Source: the human T2T-CHM13v2.0 reference genome, Homo sapiens
Strand: one strand, 5' to 3'
Assembly: GCF_009914755.1 (NCBI RefSeq)
Contig: NC_060928.1
Length of the DNA: 64,000 nucleotides
Under the pieces are notes generated by a model. It was given only the letters and a program-made list of their open reading frames with translations, had not been told where the DNA came from and did no database searches. Within the stretch, counting starts at the first letter, position 1; each line of letters begins with the position of its first letter. Of this stretch, positions 20,097-35,778 are shown piece by piece. The position numbers and the translations under genes are program-made.

Positions 20097-21345
20097 GTAT
20101 TGAACTTGAGGTCATGGTTGCATCAAGGCAATTTCCCTATATGACATCTACCATGGTGTATCTGTCCAACTCTAAATCCCTTGTCATCATTATCCTGGGC
20201 TCTATCTTCATGGGTGCCTAGTAGAAAAATGTACCTTCCTGAAAGAAGGGACTCCGCCCTGCCAAAAATCACCCTTGATGGAATTTTTGGTCCCACACAA
20301 AGTCTAATTTTGGATCTGCATTTACCTGAAAGATATACAAACTGGAATCAATACTTAAGTCACAAGTATAAAGTATATTGAAAATTTTTCAGAATAATAT
20401 GGGTCCTTTCTAATCTTTTTCCTGAGACTGGCTTTCTACTGCAAGGTGGTAGAATGAGAGCAATATAGAAGATAGCAGAGGGGTAATCGCAGAGCCTAAG
20501 GGAAGTTTTTTTTTAATGAACAAATGGATGAATGAGCAAGCAGCACACTGGGCAACCCAAAGTCTAGGGGAAAGCAATTGTAATTGCTGGGATGAGCCAT
20601 GGAGGACTTCACGGAGAAGATGACAACAGAGCATGGTCTTCAAGAATGAACCAAATGAAGGGAGAAAGAATTCTTTTTCTGCAAGGCATAAGATTCCACC
20701 ACTAACAAGCTCTCCCAGTAAGTGAGCTTCCCTGTCCAACCCACCATGGTTGTGTCCTGTTTCACGGCTCCCTTCCAGATGCCCCACGCCACAAAGAGAA
20801 GACTTGGCATCCAGCTTTATAGGAAAAGTGGGGTCCTCAGGTAAGCCATCCCTCAGCTCCTGCTGTAGTTTCCAACTTACCTGGTGCTATACTCAACTGT
20901 TCTTGACTCCACCACAGTGGGAAAAGTGTCTTTCTGCCCACAGTGAATTTCTTTCCTTATGTGCTGAAGTCAATCTCCTTGTCTTCTCCTCAAGGACCCC
21001 AAGGTGATGATAGCTAAGAGAAAGACCTCTTTCTCTTCTGTCTACAAGCTCTCCTGGCAAGTGCTTTAAGTTCCAGCCTTTGACTTCCAGTTAAGTGAAG
21101 ACTACCTAAAAACCTATGTCTCCATGAACTCCTACCCCTGACACCCAGATCCATTGAACATCTATCTAGGTGTGTCATTGTTCTCCCTTTAAATCTGACT
21201 TTCCATGATCTTAGGGAATTATACCAACTTTGTTTTATTGCTATAGAGAAGAGTCTGACACTCATCTTTGACTCTTTCCTTAAACATCTAGTAGTCTTGA
21301 AATTTAGAGTCCTGACATCTGTTGGATCTGTCCCTTCTTCTATCT

Positions 21346-21653
21346 CAGGGATCTGCAAACTACAGCCCATGGGCCAAACCCAACTCACTACCTATTTTGG
21401 TAAATAAATGTTTGTTGGAACACAGCAAGCTCATTCACTGACATATCATCTTTGGCAGCTTTGGTGCCACTTGGGCAGAGTTTAATCATTGTGACTGAGA
21501 TGGTAGGGCCCAGCAAGCTTAAAATATTTACTAACTGCCTGTATTTACTATTTTTTAATATATCTTTTACATTTACTTTAATGTTTCCTTTAATATTTAC
21601 TCTAAATATATCTTTTATATTTACTACCCTTTTCCAGACAGTTTGCCAATTCC
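21346..21653 (+). mobile_element. MER58A-like hAT-Charlie element with an internal AT-rich expansion
   Basis: CAGGGATCTGCAAACTACAGCCC...GTAAATAAA...TTGGAACACAGC...AAAATATTTACTA...AGTTTGCCAATTCCT. Confidence 0.75.
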
Positions 21654-22569
21654 TTCTATCCATTTTCCCTGAGATATCCCTTATTTAAGTCCTTGACATT
21701 CTTACTCACCTCAGTCATTCATCCAAAGAATATTTATTAAACACCTATTATGTGCCCAGACACTGTTCTACAAGTGGAGTTTACACAGCAACGAACAAAT
21801 ATAAACAAGAAGCATGCACACCAGCACGTTCCTGCTTCAGCGAATGTGCACTTGAGGGGCCTCCTGCCTGAAACTCCCTTCTCCCACATGGCTCCATTTT
21901 CAGATCTCTGCTCTGTCATCTCACCAAGCAGCCTTCTCAGCCTAAGCTATCCAGCATGGCAGCCTCCAGCCTTACGGTTTCCTTACTTTTCTTATTAGTA
22001 TTTCCACCACCTGCTGTATTGCACGTATGTGTTTCCTTCTCTTTGTTGCCATTAGAACAAAGCCACTGTTCGTTTTGCTGAATTTTTACCTCACCTCTGC
22101 CCACTCAGTCCAGCTTGCTGCCCACACTGCTTCCGGCCAGAATAAAGTGCAGTGGAGTAGGTATTAGCAGGGCTGAGAGGCCATCCTAGGACACAGTATA
22201 AAGGTCGTTATATGCTTAGCTAAGGAGTTTGCTTTTATAACTCTGGGAGGTGTCCACAAACAAAGCATACCTAAATTCACAGCTTTACCAAACAGCAAGA
22301 GCTCTGGGGACCAAGAGTAGGAAAATTTGAAGTCTAGTCCTAGTCTTGACTTCAACAATTTGAGCCTGCATCATGTAGGCCCAGGTTTCTACGTCTCATC
22401 TGTCAAGACTAGCCAGTGTTGTTGAACGAAGATTTATAAGTCCTTCTAGATCTAGTAGATCCTTGAACAGCCCTCCCTGGGAGCAGAATCCATTTACTGA
22501 ACTCTTGGGAAGACAGAGGGTGTTATAACATACACACAAGGCAAGTTGATACTGGACCTTTTACAAAAT

Positions 22570-22745
22570 CTGTTCCTCTCACTAGCTTTGAAATGTTGGG
22601 CAAGTTGCTTGACCCCTTTGCCAAGTTTCTACATCTGTACAACAGGGATAAACATTACCCCTAAACATAGGACGGTGATACGAGACAGTCTACCTGAAGC
22701 CTGAAGCATCATGTGGCACATAGTAAGTCCTCAGGAGATGTTAGC
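22570..22745 (+). mobile_element. MIR SINE
   Basis: TTGGGCAAGTTGCTTGAC...AGTTTCTACATCTGTACAA...GGCACATAGTAAGTCCTCA. Confidence 0.65.
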
Positions 22746-22788
22746 TGGCACAATCACCACTGTTAATTGTTAAAAGTGCACCTCAACA

Positions 22789-23244
<456 letters not shown>

Positions 23245-25649
23245 CTAATCAAAGGAATTTCCTGGAGAAATCAAGTCCCCCTCCAGACAAAATTCTAGTG
23301 CCAGCTGTTAATGCTTTTGTCCTCGGGGCTACATAAGCACTTTTATAACCGCTCTTGTTTTTGTAGACACATATCTGCTTTGTTACATAACGTTTGGCTT
23401 CAGCTTAACTCTCAGAAGAGAGATACAACCTCTTAATCTTGGGGATCTGATCTGAATCACTCCCTCCATTTCTGGAAATGCAGAAAGAAGCCTGGGCTCT
23501 TGCTGAATCTAGAAGCCCAGCCAGCACTTCTCAGAGGAGCCAAATTGCCGCCTGCCATGTGTGGAAACCCGGGAAAGAAGTGGGGACTCAGAGGCAGCTG
23601 CAGTGTCAAGGGTGGAGGCTTAAAAATAGCAAAAGCTGCCCTTGGAGAACATTCCCACTGGATGTTTGCATTTTTAAAAGTGCCTCCAAGGAAGACTCTG
23701 TTCCCACAAAATAACGAACAGTAAACAGGAGGTGGTGTCTTCAGAGAAGGGTTCACCTGGACTCTTAAAATCACATCACCAAGCCCTTGATTTCAGGCCA
23801 GTTTCTTACAATGGAGCACAATCAAAATTGGAAAAGATGGGAAATATCAAGAATAGACAAGAAAAAAAATCCTCTTTACCACATAGTGTGATAAATCCAG
23901 ATATAATCTCAGACTGAGAGGTTCCTAGTCTTTTTCATTCTTTTCTCTGCATTTATATAATTGTAGATATATATTTTTCTTGCAGAGTTCGAAAGAACCT
24001 TAGAAATCTAAGCCAACCATCATATTTTCAGAAGGAAATAAAGCAAGAGAGGTAATGTGAGTTACTAAGGGCCCCACAGCCCAGCAAGGACCAGGGCCAG
24101 GAACACTGCTGTCCTGACCCAGTCTAGGTCTCCCATGGATTGGGAACCTCCAGACCCAGGGTCCTAAAAAGAGCTGCCTCCCCCACCCCATCCACCACCA
24201 CATGGGGTTACTATAAACACCCTCTTCCCCAAGATGACAAGATTTATTTTCCTTTGATGCCCACACTAACTTTAAAGCAAATTCTTGCCTTTGCTGACAG
24301 AAGAAGAGACCCAGCGGCTCAGAGTTCAGGAGATCTGCGCCAGGTCCCTGGGATGGTAAGTGAAGGATCCAGAAGTCAAATGTAGATAAATTTATTTCCA
24401 CCCCCAGGCTGAATTCATGTGACCTAAGGCCAGGAAGACCCCCATTTCTGATATTATTTCCGGTCCTGTCCAGCCTGACATCTTATAATCTGCTGTCATT
24501 TTTATTTAGCTGGTTTAAATCTTTTGTTTGGGGCACTTGCATAACAGCCCTGAGAGTGGGCGTCTCCTCCAGTGTTGCTTGCTGGGCACTTGACTTGCCT
24601 CCCACTAGTCCTGAATGTGTTGTCATAGCCTCTCGCCTTTAAAAGTCAGGATGATCTTTCCAAAATTGAAGTTGAAATCACTGCCTCTGCTTAAACCCTA
24701 TCGCTTCTTTCCCTTGCCCCAGGATAGAGTCCAATTTCCTTCATTCAGCATATGAGTCTGTACGGGATGCAGTGCAAAGATCTCAAACTGCAAGGTGTAC
24801 AGCATCCAACTCAGACACTAATTTTAATCAGCCTACCAATTTGAATATTTTGATTGAAAGGTGCACATTTCTACTTCTCTTGAGGAAAGAGAAGTTACTT
24901 TTCATGCCTTAATTCTTTCCTCAGTAAAATGGGGGCAATAATATAGAAAATAAATACAACAGTGCTTGACCAGTGAATGCCATCTTTAGCATTACGTCAA
25001 CTGATGTCCACGGGCCTGGCCCAAATCAGCTGGAGCTGAGGAGTGGTTCCCTGCCTCACAGGAGCAAGAGGTCATAGCTCTGCCCAGTCTTCAGCCCGCC
25101 CTTGCTTTGTGTCATTCAAGCTTCCTTTCTAGCCCCTGAAAATGGAGGCCCCACTTCCTGTGTCCCGTTTTTGAGCAACACGAAGCAGCTTGGGTTCCCT
25201 CCATGTTTTTTGGCCTGAACCTGAGTTTTGTTCATTCACAGCACTTAGAACACGTGCATTCCCTGCTACTGACCCTATTGGAGAATCACACTATGCCTCA
25301 GCTGGGCCAGGGACCTGTCTTAGTCGTTTCTGTAGCTAACACCAGCATGTGGCCCAGAGCCGAGCACTTAGTACAGCTCAACAAGTGTATTGAGAAATAA
25401 ACGAAATCGGGAGGCTAACGCAGCAACATGCCAACAGGGATTTAGAGCCTCTCTTGGCTTCTAAAGAGCCTGCACTCTCAACCAGTAACACCAGACTGTG
25501 CTCAGTTTCAGAAACTGAGTTTGAAGTTGAATTGAATTGAGTTCAAGGCCTTGCCCTGTCAGTTATTTGCAACCTTGGCCTAGTTCCATTATCTCCGAGC
25601 CATTCGTTTTCCCACCTCTTCAAAAGGACATGAGTCAGCCTAAGTATTA

Positions 25650-26100
25650 TGAAAGCACACATCCACACAACGACTTGTATATACATAGTCAAAGTAGCTT
25701 CATTCACAACAGCCAAAAACTGGGTGAAACAAAAGTGTCCACTAGCAGGTGAACGGTCAAGCCAGCTCTAGTGTAACCCATGCCATGGAATATGGCTCAG
25801 TGATTTTAAAAAGTGTGTACCACTGACACCCAACAACATAGATGAAACGCAAAGGCATCACACTGCGTGAAAGATGCCAGACACATGTATAATTCCATTT
25901 ATATAAATGTAAACCAATCCATGGTGACAAAAAGCAGTTCAGTGTTTGCCTGAGGCCCGAGGAGGGAGAGAGTGGGGCAGAATCAACTGAAAAGGGGCTT
26001 GAGGATTTCTGAGGGATGATAAACATGTTCTGAATCCTGATTGTGGTGGCACTTTTGTGGGTGTATGCCACTGCCAAAACTCATGAATTGCACACACTTT
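25650..26100 (+). mobile_element. Old L1M 3' end (resumes briefly after 26854)
   Basis: TTCATTCACAACAGCCAAAAACTGG...CCATGCCATGGAATA...CAAAACTCATGAATTGCACAC. Confidence 0.7.
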
Positions 26101-26235
26101 TTAAGATTTACCATAATTATATTTATTTATTTTATTTACATATAAGATATACATATTTTTGGTGTATATGGGGTAATCTGATACATTTTAATAATGAAAT
26201 CAAAGTAATTAGGATATCCAGCACCTTAAATATTT
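26101..26235 (-). mobile_element. L1MA-type 3' terminus with decayed T-rich tail
   Basis: TACATATTTTTGGTGTATATG...ATCAAAGTAATTAGGATATCCAGCACCTTAAATATTT. Confidence 0.65.
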
Positions 26236-26245
26236 AAATTTTGGA

Positions 26246-26557
<312 letters not shown>

Positions 26558-26559
26558 AA

Positions 26560-26853
26560 GTTTTGGAAAAACTCTCAAACCAGGTTTTTCCTCTGCTCTC
26601 ATACCACAAGCAATCAACACAGAAGACTCCTGTAGCCCAGTGTGTGGAGGTTTTTCTCCACCAACCAGCAGTGGACACCAGCTGAGTATCCTCCAATTAA
26701 ATTCTGACACTATGTACTTGGAGACAGTGTCAGATACCATAGGTCGAGAGCTCAGTCCCCAAGACTATGCCCCCTTAGACACCAGTTGCAAGTCTAGGCC
26801 TCAGGAACTTCTGACCCACTGGCTTCAAGTTGGGATTCCCATGACCTCCTCTT
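26560..26853 (-). mobile_element. MER21-family LTR fragment
   Basis: GGAAAACTCTCAAAC...CAATCAACACAGAAGAC...GGACACCAGCTG...TTCTGACACT...TCAGTCCCCAAGACT. Confidence 0.7.
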
Positions 26854-29800
26854 TGAATTGCACACTTTAAATGCATGTAGTTATTGCACAAGAATAATTA
26901 TTTAATACATTGCAAAAGAAAAAAATATTAAAATTATAACCCATATGATGTTCACCAGCATTAACAGTAATGGATGAGATACTTCTGTGGGTTTTTTTTG
27001 TTGTTGTAGTAATTCTTATTTTAAACATATAAGAGAACCAACATTAAGATCTATTATATTAAGGAAGAACTATATATTATTTTCCATAGCAGTTATTTGA
27101 CATTTCTCCATGCACTCTTGACAAAGTTCATTGTAATTTTAAATTTAATTCAGCAGTGTTTACACGTACACCACATATGCACTGAAACCACACATGTGAG
27201 GGCCTGTCGTAAAAGTATTTAATAAATGCCTTAGTTAATGACCAAAAAGAAAAAGAAAGGAAAGAAAAAAGTGTTAAGCGAATGCTTGCCTTGTTTGGTG
27301 GCTGTGTGGGAGAAACGACCCGACATCCAGAGAGGAGGTCTTTACAAAAGCAGCCCGTTTTTACTGACCTACAGCCCCTGGATCCCAGGGATCCTCACCC
27401 AGCCCATCTCTCATTTTCTGTTCCTCACATTTGCGTGGACCTGGAGTGGTCTCTTCTTTTCTGTGTGCCTGGAAACACTAGCATTATTGCTTCCCTCCCA
27501 GGCTTTAATTTTTCTCCGAGTGCCTAGTAGACAGGGTTTCCCTAAAAAGGACAATTAGAAAAGACTTCATAGTTGGCGATAAATGGGGAAAGTGGGGGGA
27601 AGGTGAGAGTGAGGGCCATCCTTTATCTTAACAGCAAATACCAAATACCTATCTCCCACAGTCCACTCTTGACCTCGCTCAGCAATTTCATTCAGCATTT
27701 TCATCATTATCTTCATAGGCATCTACTCACCATTTACCAAAATGCAGCAAGTGAGGTGATTATTTTTCTAAAGATAAAAATGACATCTCTATACTCTTTG
27801 TCTCTCCCTCTTAAATCCGACGCTCGACTGTTATTTTAACTCTAGCTCTTTTTGGCTCTCTGGGATGGCTCAGTGCTATGGGTTTGTCTGTAAAGGTTGG
27901 GGAGACAAGGAGTTAAACCATCACCTAGAGACTTTGATCACCGCAGACCTAGACTCCTGGCAGTTCCGTGCAAATGAAAACAGCAAGTTTCTTTTTAGCC
28001 TTAATTATCTGCATAATTACTTAGCCAAGATAGATACAGGCTCAGAATCTCAAGAAAGGTGAATTTTTTTCTTCTCAATCCCTCAGTGTCATTGTCAGTA
28101 ACATTTATTGTGTGCCAACTGCATGGAACAACTCTGTCTTAAATATTGAGAGGTACATAAAAGACTTATTATGGATGCTACTCATGAACCTTTTAATAAC
28201 CTAACTGCAGAAACAAGATCACTGGAATACCTGACGGGTACCAGGCAGTACACCAACAGCAAAGACACAAGGACATATAATCTGTGGATTTAATGAATGT
28301 ATAGTCTAGTAGGTAAGAATAAGCAAAATAAAAAAGGTTAATCTGTATACACTATTACTTTTGTGACACTTACAAGTGTGGTAGGACTTCAGGGAGGAAA
28401 CAATCAAGGTATAGGAACTGTCATCCAACAAACATTTAATGGACAATTACTCTATACTAGGCATTACCTGTTAGACTTTTGCCCACCAGTCATCACAGAC
28501 TTGAAGTGAGAATCTTTAAGTGTCCAAAATGATGCTGCATTCTGAGCTGAGAGCTAACCATTTAATGATTTGAGGACACATAAGAAAAGGAGTTATCCAT
28601 GCATTGTAGCCAAGTTGCTGCAGGCCAGGTGGGCAGTTTTTCTCCATGTTTTTGAGTCTTTTTATTGACCTCTTTTAAAGGAGAAACTAATGATGGGTCT
28701 GTGCCGATGTTCAGCCATAAGTCTCCTCTGTCATGTTCTACAGGACACAGAAGGAGAAGTTTCTTGCATTTCTGTAATAGAAGCATCGAAATCAAGCCAG
28801 CAGAGACTGTAAACAAAGAGAGTTTGGGCAAAAGTTTTTGCTGGGGTTACCTTTTTTTTTCCGTCTTTGATGTAGTATACCTTCGGGAAAGAAGAATATC
28901 AGCTTTCTTTTGCCAATATCACAGTCTGCTAATCCCATTTGCTGCCCATAAGCAGTAATAATCATCACATGGTGTTGTTAAAGGTCTCAGATCTGTAGAA
29001 TTTTTCCACCAAGATTCTTCTACAACACAGACACTGATATGTTAATTCATGCAGAAAAATGTTGTCCATTGGGCCACAGCGACTTCTTTGGCATGATCAA
29101 GGCTTTCCCTTGCTCCAGCCCAACTTGATCAAGGATCCATAACCTAATTAGAAGGTGCTGAGTGAGGACGAATCAGAACAAAATGAGTTTGTCAAAATAG
29201 CAGAGTATTTAATTGATTTATTCCAATGCAGACATTTTACAATAAGAATCATTTTCCCACCGAGACCTGAAGATACAAATGTGGGCTTTCTTGAACTGTT
29301 TTGAGAAGAGCACTGCTGTATTTTCCTTGGGATTCCTCCATGCTGCACCATGGGTCTTTTCATTTGGCTGTCCAGTCAATGAAGCCATAGACGTGTAATG
29401 ACTTAGACATCATCCTTTTTCCTTAAGACCTTGAACATCTCTGTTATGATTTTATAACTGGTAAATTTTATATTTTAGAGGGCAACTCTATTTTCCTCCT
29501 TCCAAATTTGTGAAATATCACATTGAGACCTCAAACTCCAAAAAAATAAGGAATCATTCAGTGTGAAAATATGTTATTGGAGCCGGAATTTCAACACAGT
29601 GATTGCCATGCACAGAGCTGGAGTGGAAGGACATTCCAATAGACAATAGGGAAATGTGAACAATGGGATATGAACTTGAAAACTTTCCGCCATCCCTGGA
29701 CTATTGTCTGAACATAATATTACGCCTCTAGGCCTTTGGTCCATATCGGCTTTTTTCGGGGCCAGGGGTGGTGGTAGATGGGAACTGAGATGCTCTTTGC

Positions 29801-30419
29801 CAGCTTTTCCAGTTCCAAACACCTATTTTTCCTTCAATTTTCTAATATCTAGTACCAAATGGCAGAAAGGACACCAGAAGGAAAAAACAGGTAAGAAGCA
29901 AAGAATAAAGGAGGGAGGAAAAAAGAAACAAAGGCTGCACTTGCCATCAAAACCCTGCATTCAAATCCTGCTCTGCCGCTCACTGCCTACTTGGACAAAA
30001 TGTTTTACTTACTTTTTCAAACATCGGGTTACTCTTTCAGGAGAATGAGGAGAATGTTACCTACATCCTGAGGTATTACGTTATATGATTGACCAAGAGA
30101 ATGTGTATACAAAAGCCTGGAACAGAGCAGTAACCAATAAGATGTCAATCAAATCAGATCTGAAAACCTCGCTTCAATATTACCCCCAGAAAAAAGGCTG
30201 ACATGACTTCTTCAGCAACAAGTGTCCCTCCACCTCCATCATCCCATACACATGGCATGTGCCACCATCACAACACTCACCATGTCCTGCTTTCTGTTTT
30301 AGGTCCCTGTCCCTTACTAAAATAGAAGCTCCTCAATGGCAGGTACCAGTCCATGTCCATTGGTGAACCCCAGACCTGGCACTATCCCTTACACAAATGG
30401 GGCTTTTATGAACACTTAT

Positions 30420-30907
30420 TGTCAGGCTTCTGAGCCCAAGCCAAGCCATCCATCCCCTGTGACCTGCACGTATACGCCCAGATGGCCTGAAGTAACTAAA
30501 GAATCACAAAAGAAGTGAATATGCCCTGACCCACCTTAACTGATGACATTCCACCACAAAAGAAGTGTAAATGGCCGGTCCGGTCCTTGCCTTAACTGAT
30601 GACATTACCTTGTGAAAGTCCTTTTCCTGGCTCATCCTGGCTCAAAAAGCACCCCCACTGAGCACCTTGCGACCCCCACTCCTGCCCACTGAGCACCTTG
30701 CGACCCCCACTCCTGCCCGCCAGAGAACAAACCCCCTTTGACTGTAATTTTCCTTTACCTACCCAAATCCTATAAAACGGCCCCACCCTTATCTCCCTTC
30801 CCTGACTCTCTTTTCGGACTCAGCCCGCCTGCACCCAGGTGAAATAAACAGCTTTATTGCTCACACAAAGCCTGTTTGGTGGTCTCTTCACACGGACGCA
30901 CATGAAA
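30420..30907 (+). mobile_element. Solo LTR7 (HERV-H LTR)
   Basis: TGTCAGGC...CATGAAA, nearly identical to the proviral LTRs at 53371 and 59101; TATAAAA and AATAAA present; perfect TSD CTTAT at 30415-19 and 30908-12. Confidence 0.95.
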
Positions 30908-32238
30908 CTTATAAGATGAATGAATACATGCCATCAAAATTGCCAGACCTAACTCAGAAAACAGAGGTGTCATTATCATTTCTGTTATGAGAAAGCTTTT
31001 CCACATTACGTGATCTTTTTACTTTCTGAAGTTCTAGCAGATATGGCATTTTGCATTTGCTCTCTTTGGTTTCCAGATGCATTTACAATGTACCTCACCA
31101 GGTCAGGTCTCACTGATGTAAAATCACACAAGAAGAGTCTTGTTTATACAGGAACAGCATTATCTATTAGTTCCTTTATGTCTTCCTTTTACAGGTTACT
31201 CCTTATTGATGTCAAAAACCAGATTTTCCCCAAACAGTTTTAGTCTTTTATTACTTTCTGCCATCAGTTATAATTTTACAGCAGAAATTGTTTCATTTTC
31301 CTTGTGTTCATGAAGATTTTAAAAGTTCTAAGCTGGCTTCTCTTTCACGTGCACAGGAAAAAAAAAGTAAACAGCATTTGGGGAGGATAATGTAAGGAAA
31401 GAATAATAAAGGTTTCTAAAAAGAATCCAGAGCTCTGACTGGCTATAAATGCTTCTTTACCCTGCAGGCTGGAGCAGAATCAGGATTTAATATTAATGGA
31501 TAATTTGTCGACAGCCCTTTTCTTTATTTTAGTGTGAAAAAAATACAATGAAACAAGCTCAATGGAGTTTTCCATTAATATTATTAAATAGAATTTTAAA
31601 TTAATAAAATGTACAGATTTTAAATGTGGTTTGATAGGTTTACAAATGCATATACCCATCAACTACCATCCCTATCAAGATATAGAATAATTTATCAGAA
31701 TTTTCCTTTTATGTCTCTTTTTTTTTTTAATCTGCTCTCACGCCCTATCCTGCAATCCATGAGTTTTCATATTTTGAGCTCCATAAATTGTTTCTTAGAA
31801 TCTGATAAAAGCTAGAGAATTCTCCCCACTCGGGGAGAGAACTTGGGGCAGGGTAGATGGATCCTAGGTTAGGAACTCAAAACAAGTTTTATTAATTCTT
31901 TTATTTATGCATTTAAAAATCTTTATTGAGCACTGGCTGGGTGCTTTGGGATCGGTATTAGGCAGACAGTGGTAAAGAAAAAATGATATACTTCTCTCCT
32001 TGATCTTACATCAAGGAGAAAGGCCATAATAAGCAAAGAAGCAAACCACTCAGTATTCTGCTTGAATAAATGGAATGGCAGAAAGTATTAAGTGCTTTGC
32101 TATGAAATCTATAACTTTTATATGTTGTATGTAAAGACTTATATGACCTACAGCAGTACAAACCTAGAGAAAAGGTTTGTCTGCTACTTTTCTAGTTCAG
32201 GTGTTTTCTCTAAGCTCTTGGTCATACATCCTTACTGA

Positions 32239-32533
<295 letters not shown>

Positions 32534-33479
32534 TTCAATATACTAAACTAGAAATAAAAAATGAAACAGATAAGTCACATGAGCAGCCATGATACAGAAA
32601 GTCAAAAGAGACTATTTTTGAAATCAGTGAATCTACATGTATAGTTGGAGACTTCAACATTAAGCTCTCAACAATTGATAGAATAACATAGAAAGTCAGT
32701 AAAGATATAGAAGAATTCAACAACACTATCAAACAAGACAATCTAATCAACATCTATGAAACACTCCACCCAACAATAGCAGAATACTCATTTTATTCAA
32801 GTTCTCAGAGAACATATGCCAAGATAGATCACATCTTGGGCCATAAAAGAAACCTCAACAAACTTAAAATATGTGAAATCATACAGTATGTGTCCTCCAA
32901 CCACAATAGAATCAGATTAGAAGTCAATAACTAAAAAGAAAAGAGAAAAAAAACTACAAACACTTGAAAAATGTACAACACATTTCTCAATAATCCATGA
33001 GTCAAAGAGAAAGTCTCAGTAGAATTTTAAAAAAAGATATAAAGTTAGTGAAAATGAAAATACAACACATCAAAATTTGTGGGATGCAGCTGAAGCAACA
33101 CTGAAAGGGAAACTTATAGCACTAAATGTAGATACTAGAAAAGACAAACAGTCCCAAATCAATAATCTAAACTCTGATCTCAAAAAAAAAAAAAAAAAAA
33201 ATAGAAGAGCAAAATAAACCCAAACCAAGTAGAAAGAAGGAAATAATAACTGTAAGAGCAGAAACTATTAAAATTAAAAACAGAAACAATAAATAAAATA
33301 AATTAAACAAATAATTATCTGAAAAGACCACTAGAATAAGCAAAACTGCAGCAAGATTGACAAAGAAAAAGAGAAAAGACATAAATGACCAAAATTAATA
33401 ATGAAACAGGAGGTACTGCAGACTCTGCAAGCATCAAAAGGATCATAATGAAAAATTACAAACAATTGTACACATATAC

Positions 33480-33903
33480 TTTAGATGTGGTTTGAGTGTC
33501 ACCGGCAAAACTCATGTTGAAATGGAATTGCCAGTGTAATGGTGTTGGGAGGTAGTGACTTTAAGAGGAGTTTAGGTCGTTCAGACTGATTAATGTCTTT
33601 CTTATGCACCTGGGTTAGTTCTTGCAGGGAATGAATCAGTTCCCAAGAGTGTAAGTGGTTATAATGCCAGATGGCCTCTCATGCTCTGCCCCTCTGGCAC
33701 GCCTGCTTCCCCATCCACTTCTCTGCCATGCTATGATGTAGCACAAGGCCCTCATCAGCAGCTGAGCAGATACTAGTGTCATGCTTCTTGGACCTTCCAT
33801 CCTCTGGAATTGTGACCCAAGTAAACCCATATATATATAATATATTATATATATAACCTGTCTCAGGTATTCTTCTATAACAACACAAGATAGACCAAGA
33901 GAA
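33480..33903 (+). mobile_element. MSTC-like LTR
   Basis: GTGGTTTGAGTGTC...AAAACTCATGTTGAAAT...TCTCAGGTATTCTTCTATAACAACAC. Confidence 0.7.
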
Positions 33904-34332
33904 CATTTGACGACTTAGTTAAAATGAACTGATTCCTTGAAAAAAACAAACTATCACAACTTACCCAATGTTAAATTGATAATTTGAATATTCCTATAAC
34001 TATATTAAAAGTTGAATTTGTAATTTAAAACCTATAAAAAAAAATCTTCAGGCCTAGATGATTTCATTCTAGAATTCTTCCAGATCTTTTAGGAAGCAGG
34101 AATATCAATTCTACACCATCTCCTTCCGACACAGAAAAGGAAGAAATATTACTCATTTTATCTTACAAAGTTAACATTACCAGAATCAGACAAAGAGATT
34201 ACAAAAATGAAAACTACAGACTCACTAAGAAATAAAAACTACATTCCTCACTAAGATAGACACAAAAATTCTTAACAAAATATTAGCAAATAGAATTCAG
34301 CAATATATATTAAGAATTTTACACTATCATCA

Positions 34333-34645
<313 letters not shown>

Positions 34646-35436
34646 CTATCATCAAGAGGGGGCATGCTTCAATAATATAAGGGTGGCTCAATATTTGGAA
34701 ATTAATAATGTAATGCACCAAATTAATAAGTAGAAAAGTCACATAATCCTATTTATTAGTGCAGTGTTAGATAAAGTTCAATACCCATTCATGACAACAC
34801 TTTCAGAGAAACAGAAATAGAGAGGAACTTCCTCAATTCAATAAAAGGCATTTTTAAAAATGCCAACATTATATTAATGTGAAAGACCGAATGCTTTCCT
34901 GGTACGATCAGAAACAAGGCAAAGATATTCTTACTATTCTTATTCAGCATAAGTTAGAAGTTCTAGTCAATGGCATGAGAAAAAAATGACATAAAAGGCA
35001 TACAAATTAGAAAGGAAGAAATATAAATTTTCATGTTTGCAAATGACATTATTTCCTACACAGAAAATCCCCAAAAAATCTATTTTTAAAAATCCTAGAA
35101 TAAGTGAGGTCAACCATGTCACAAGATCAAAGATAAACATGCGAAAACCAATTATATATCCATGTACTGTCAATGAACACATGAACAACAAAATTTAAAA
35201 ATGCAATGCCATTTATAATAGATTTTAAAAAGAGGAAATTCTTGGGTCTAAATCAAACGAAGCATGGGTGAGACTTGTATGATCAAAATTACACAATGCT
35301 GATGAAAGAAATCAAATAACTAAATAAAGATACTATGTTCATGAATTGAAGACTCAACATAATAAAAATGTCACTGTCAATTCTTTCCAAACTAATACAA
35401 AGATTTAACACAATTCCTATAAAAACTCTAGCAGGA

Positions 35437-35778
<342 letters not shown>

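Noticed and set aside
20830-20890. Splice-donor-like motifs (CAG|GTAAGC; minus-strand copies here and near 15185 and 15243)
   Set aside because: No coherent exon chain or reading frame; such motifs arise by chance. Non-coding exons cannot be excluded without RNA data.
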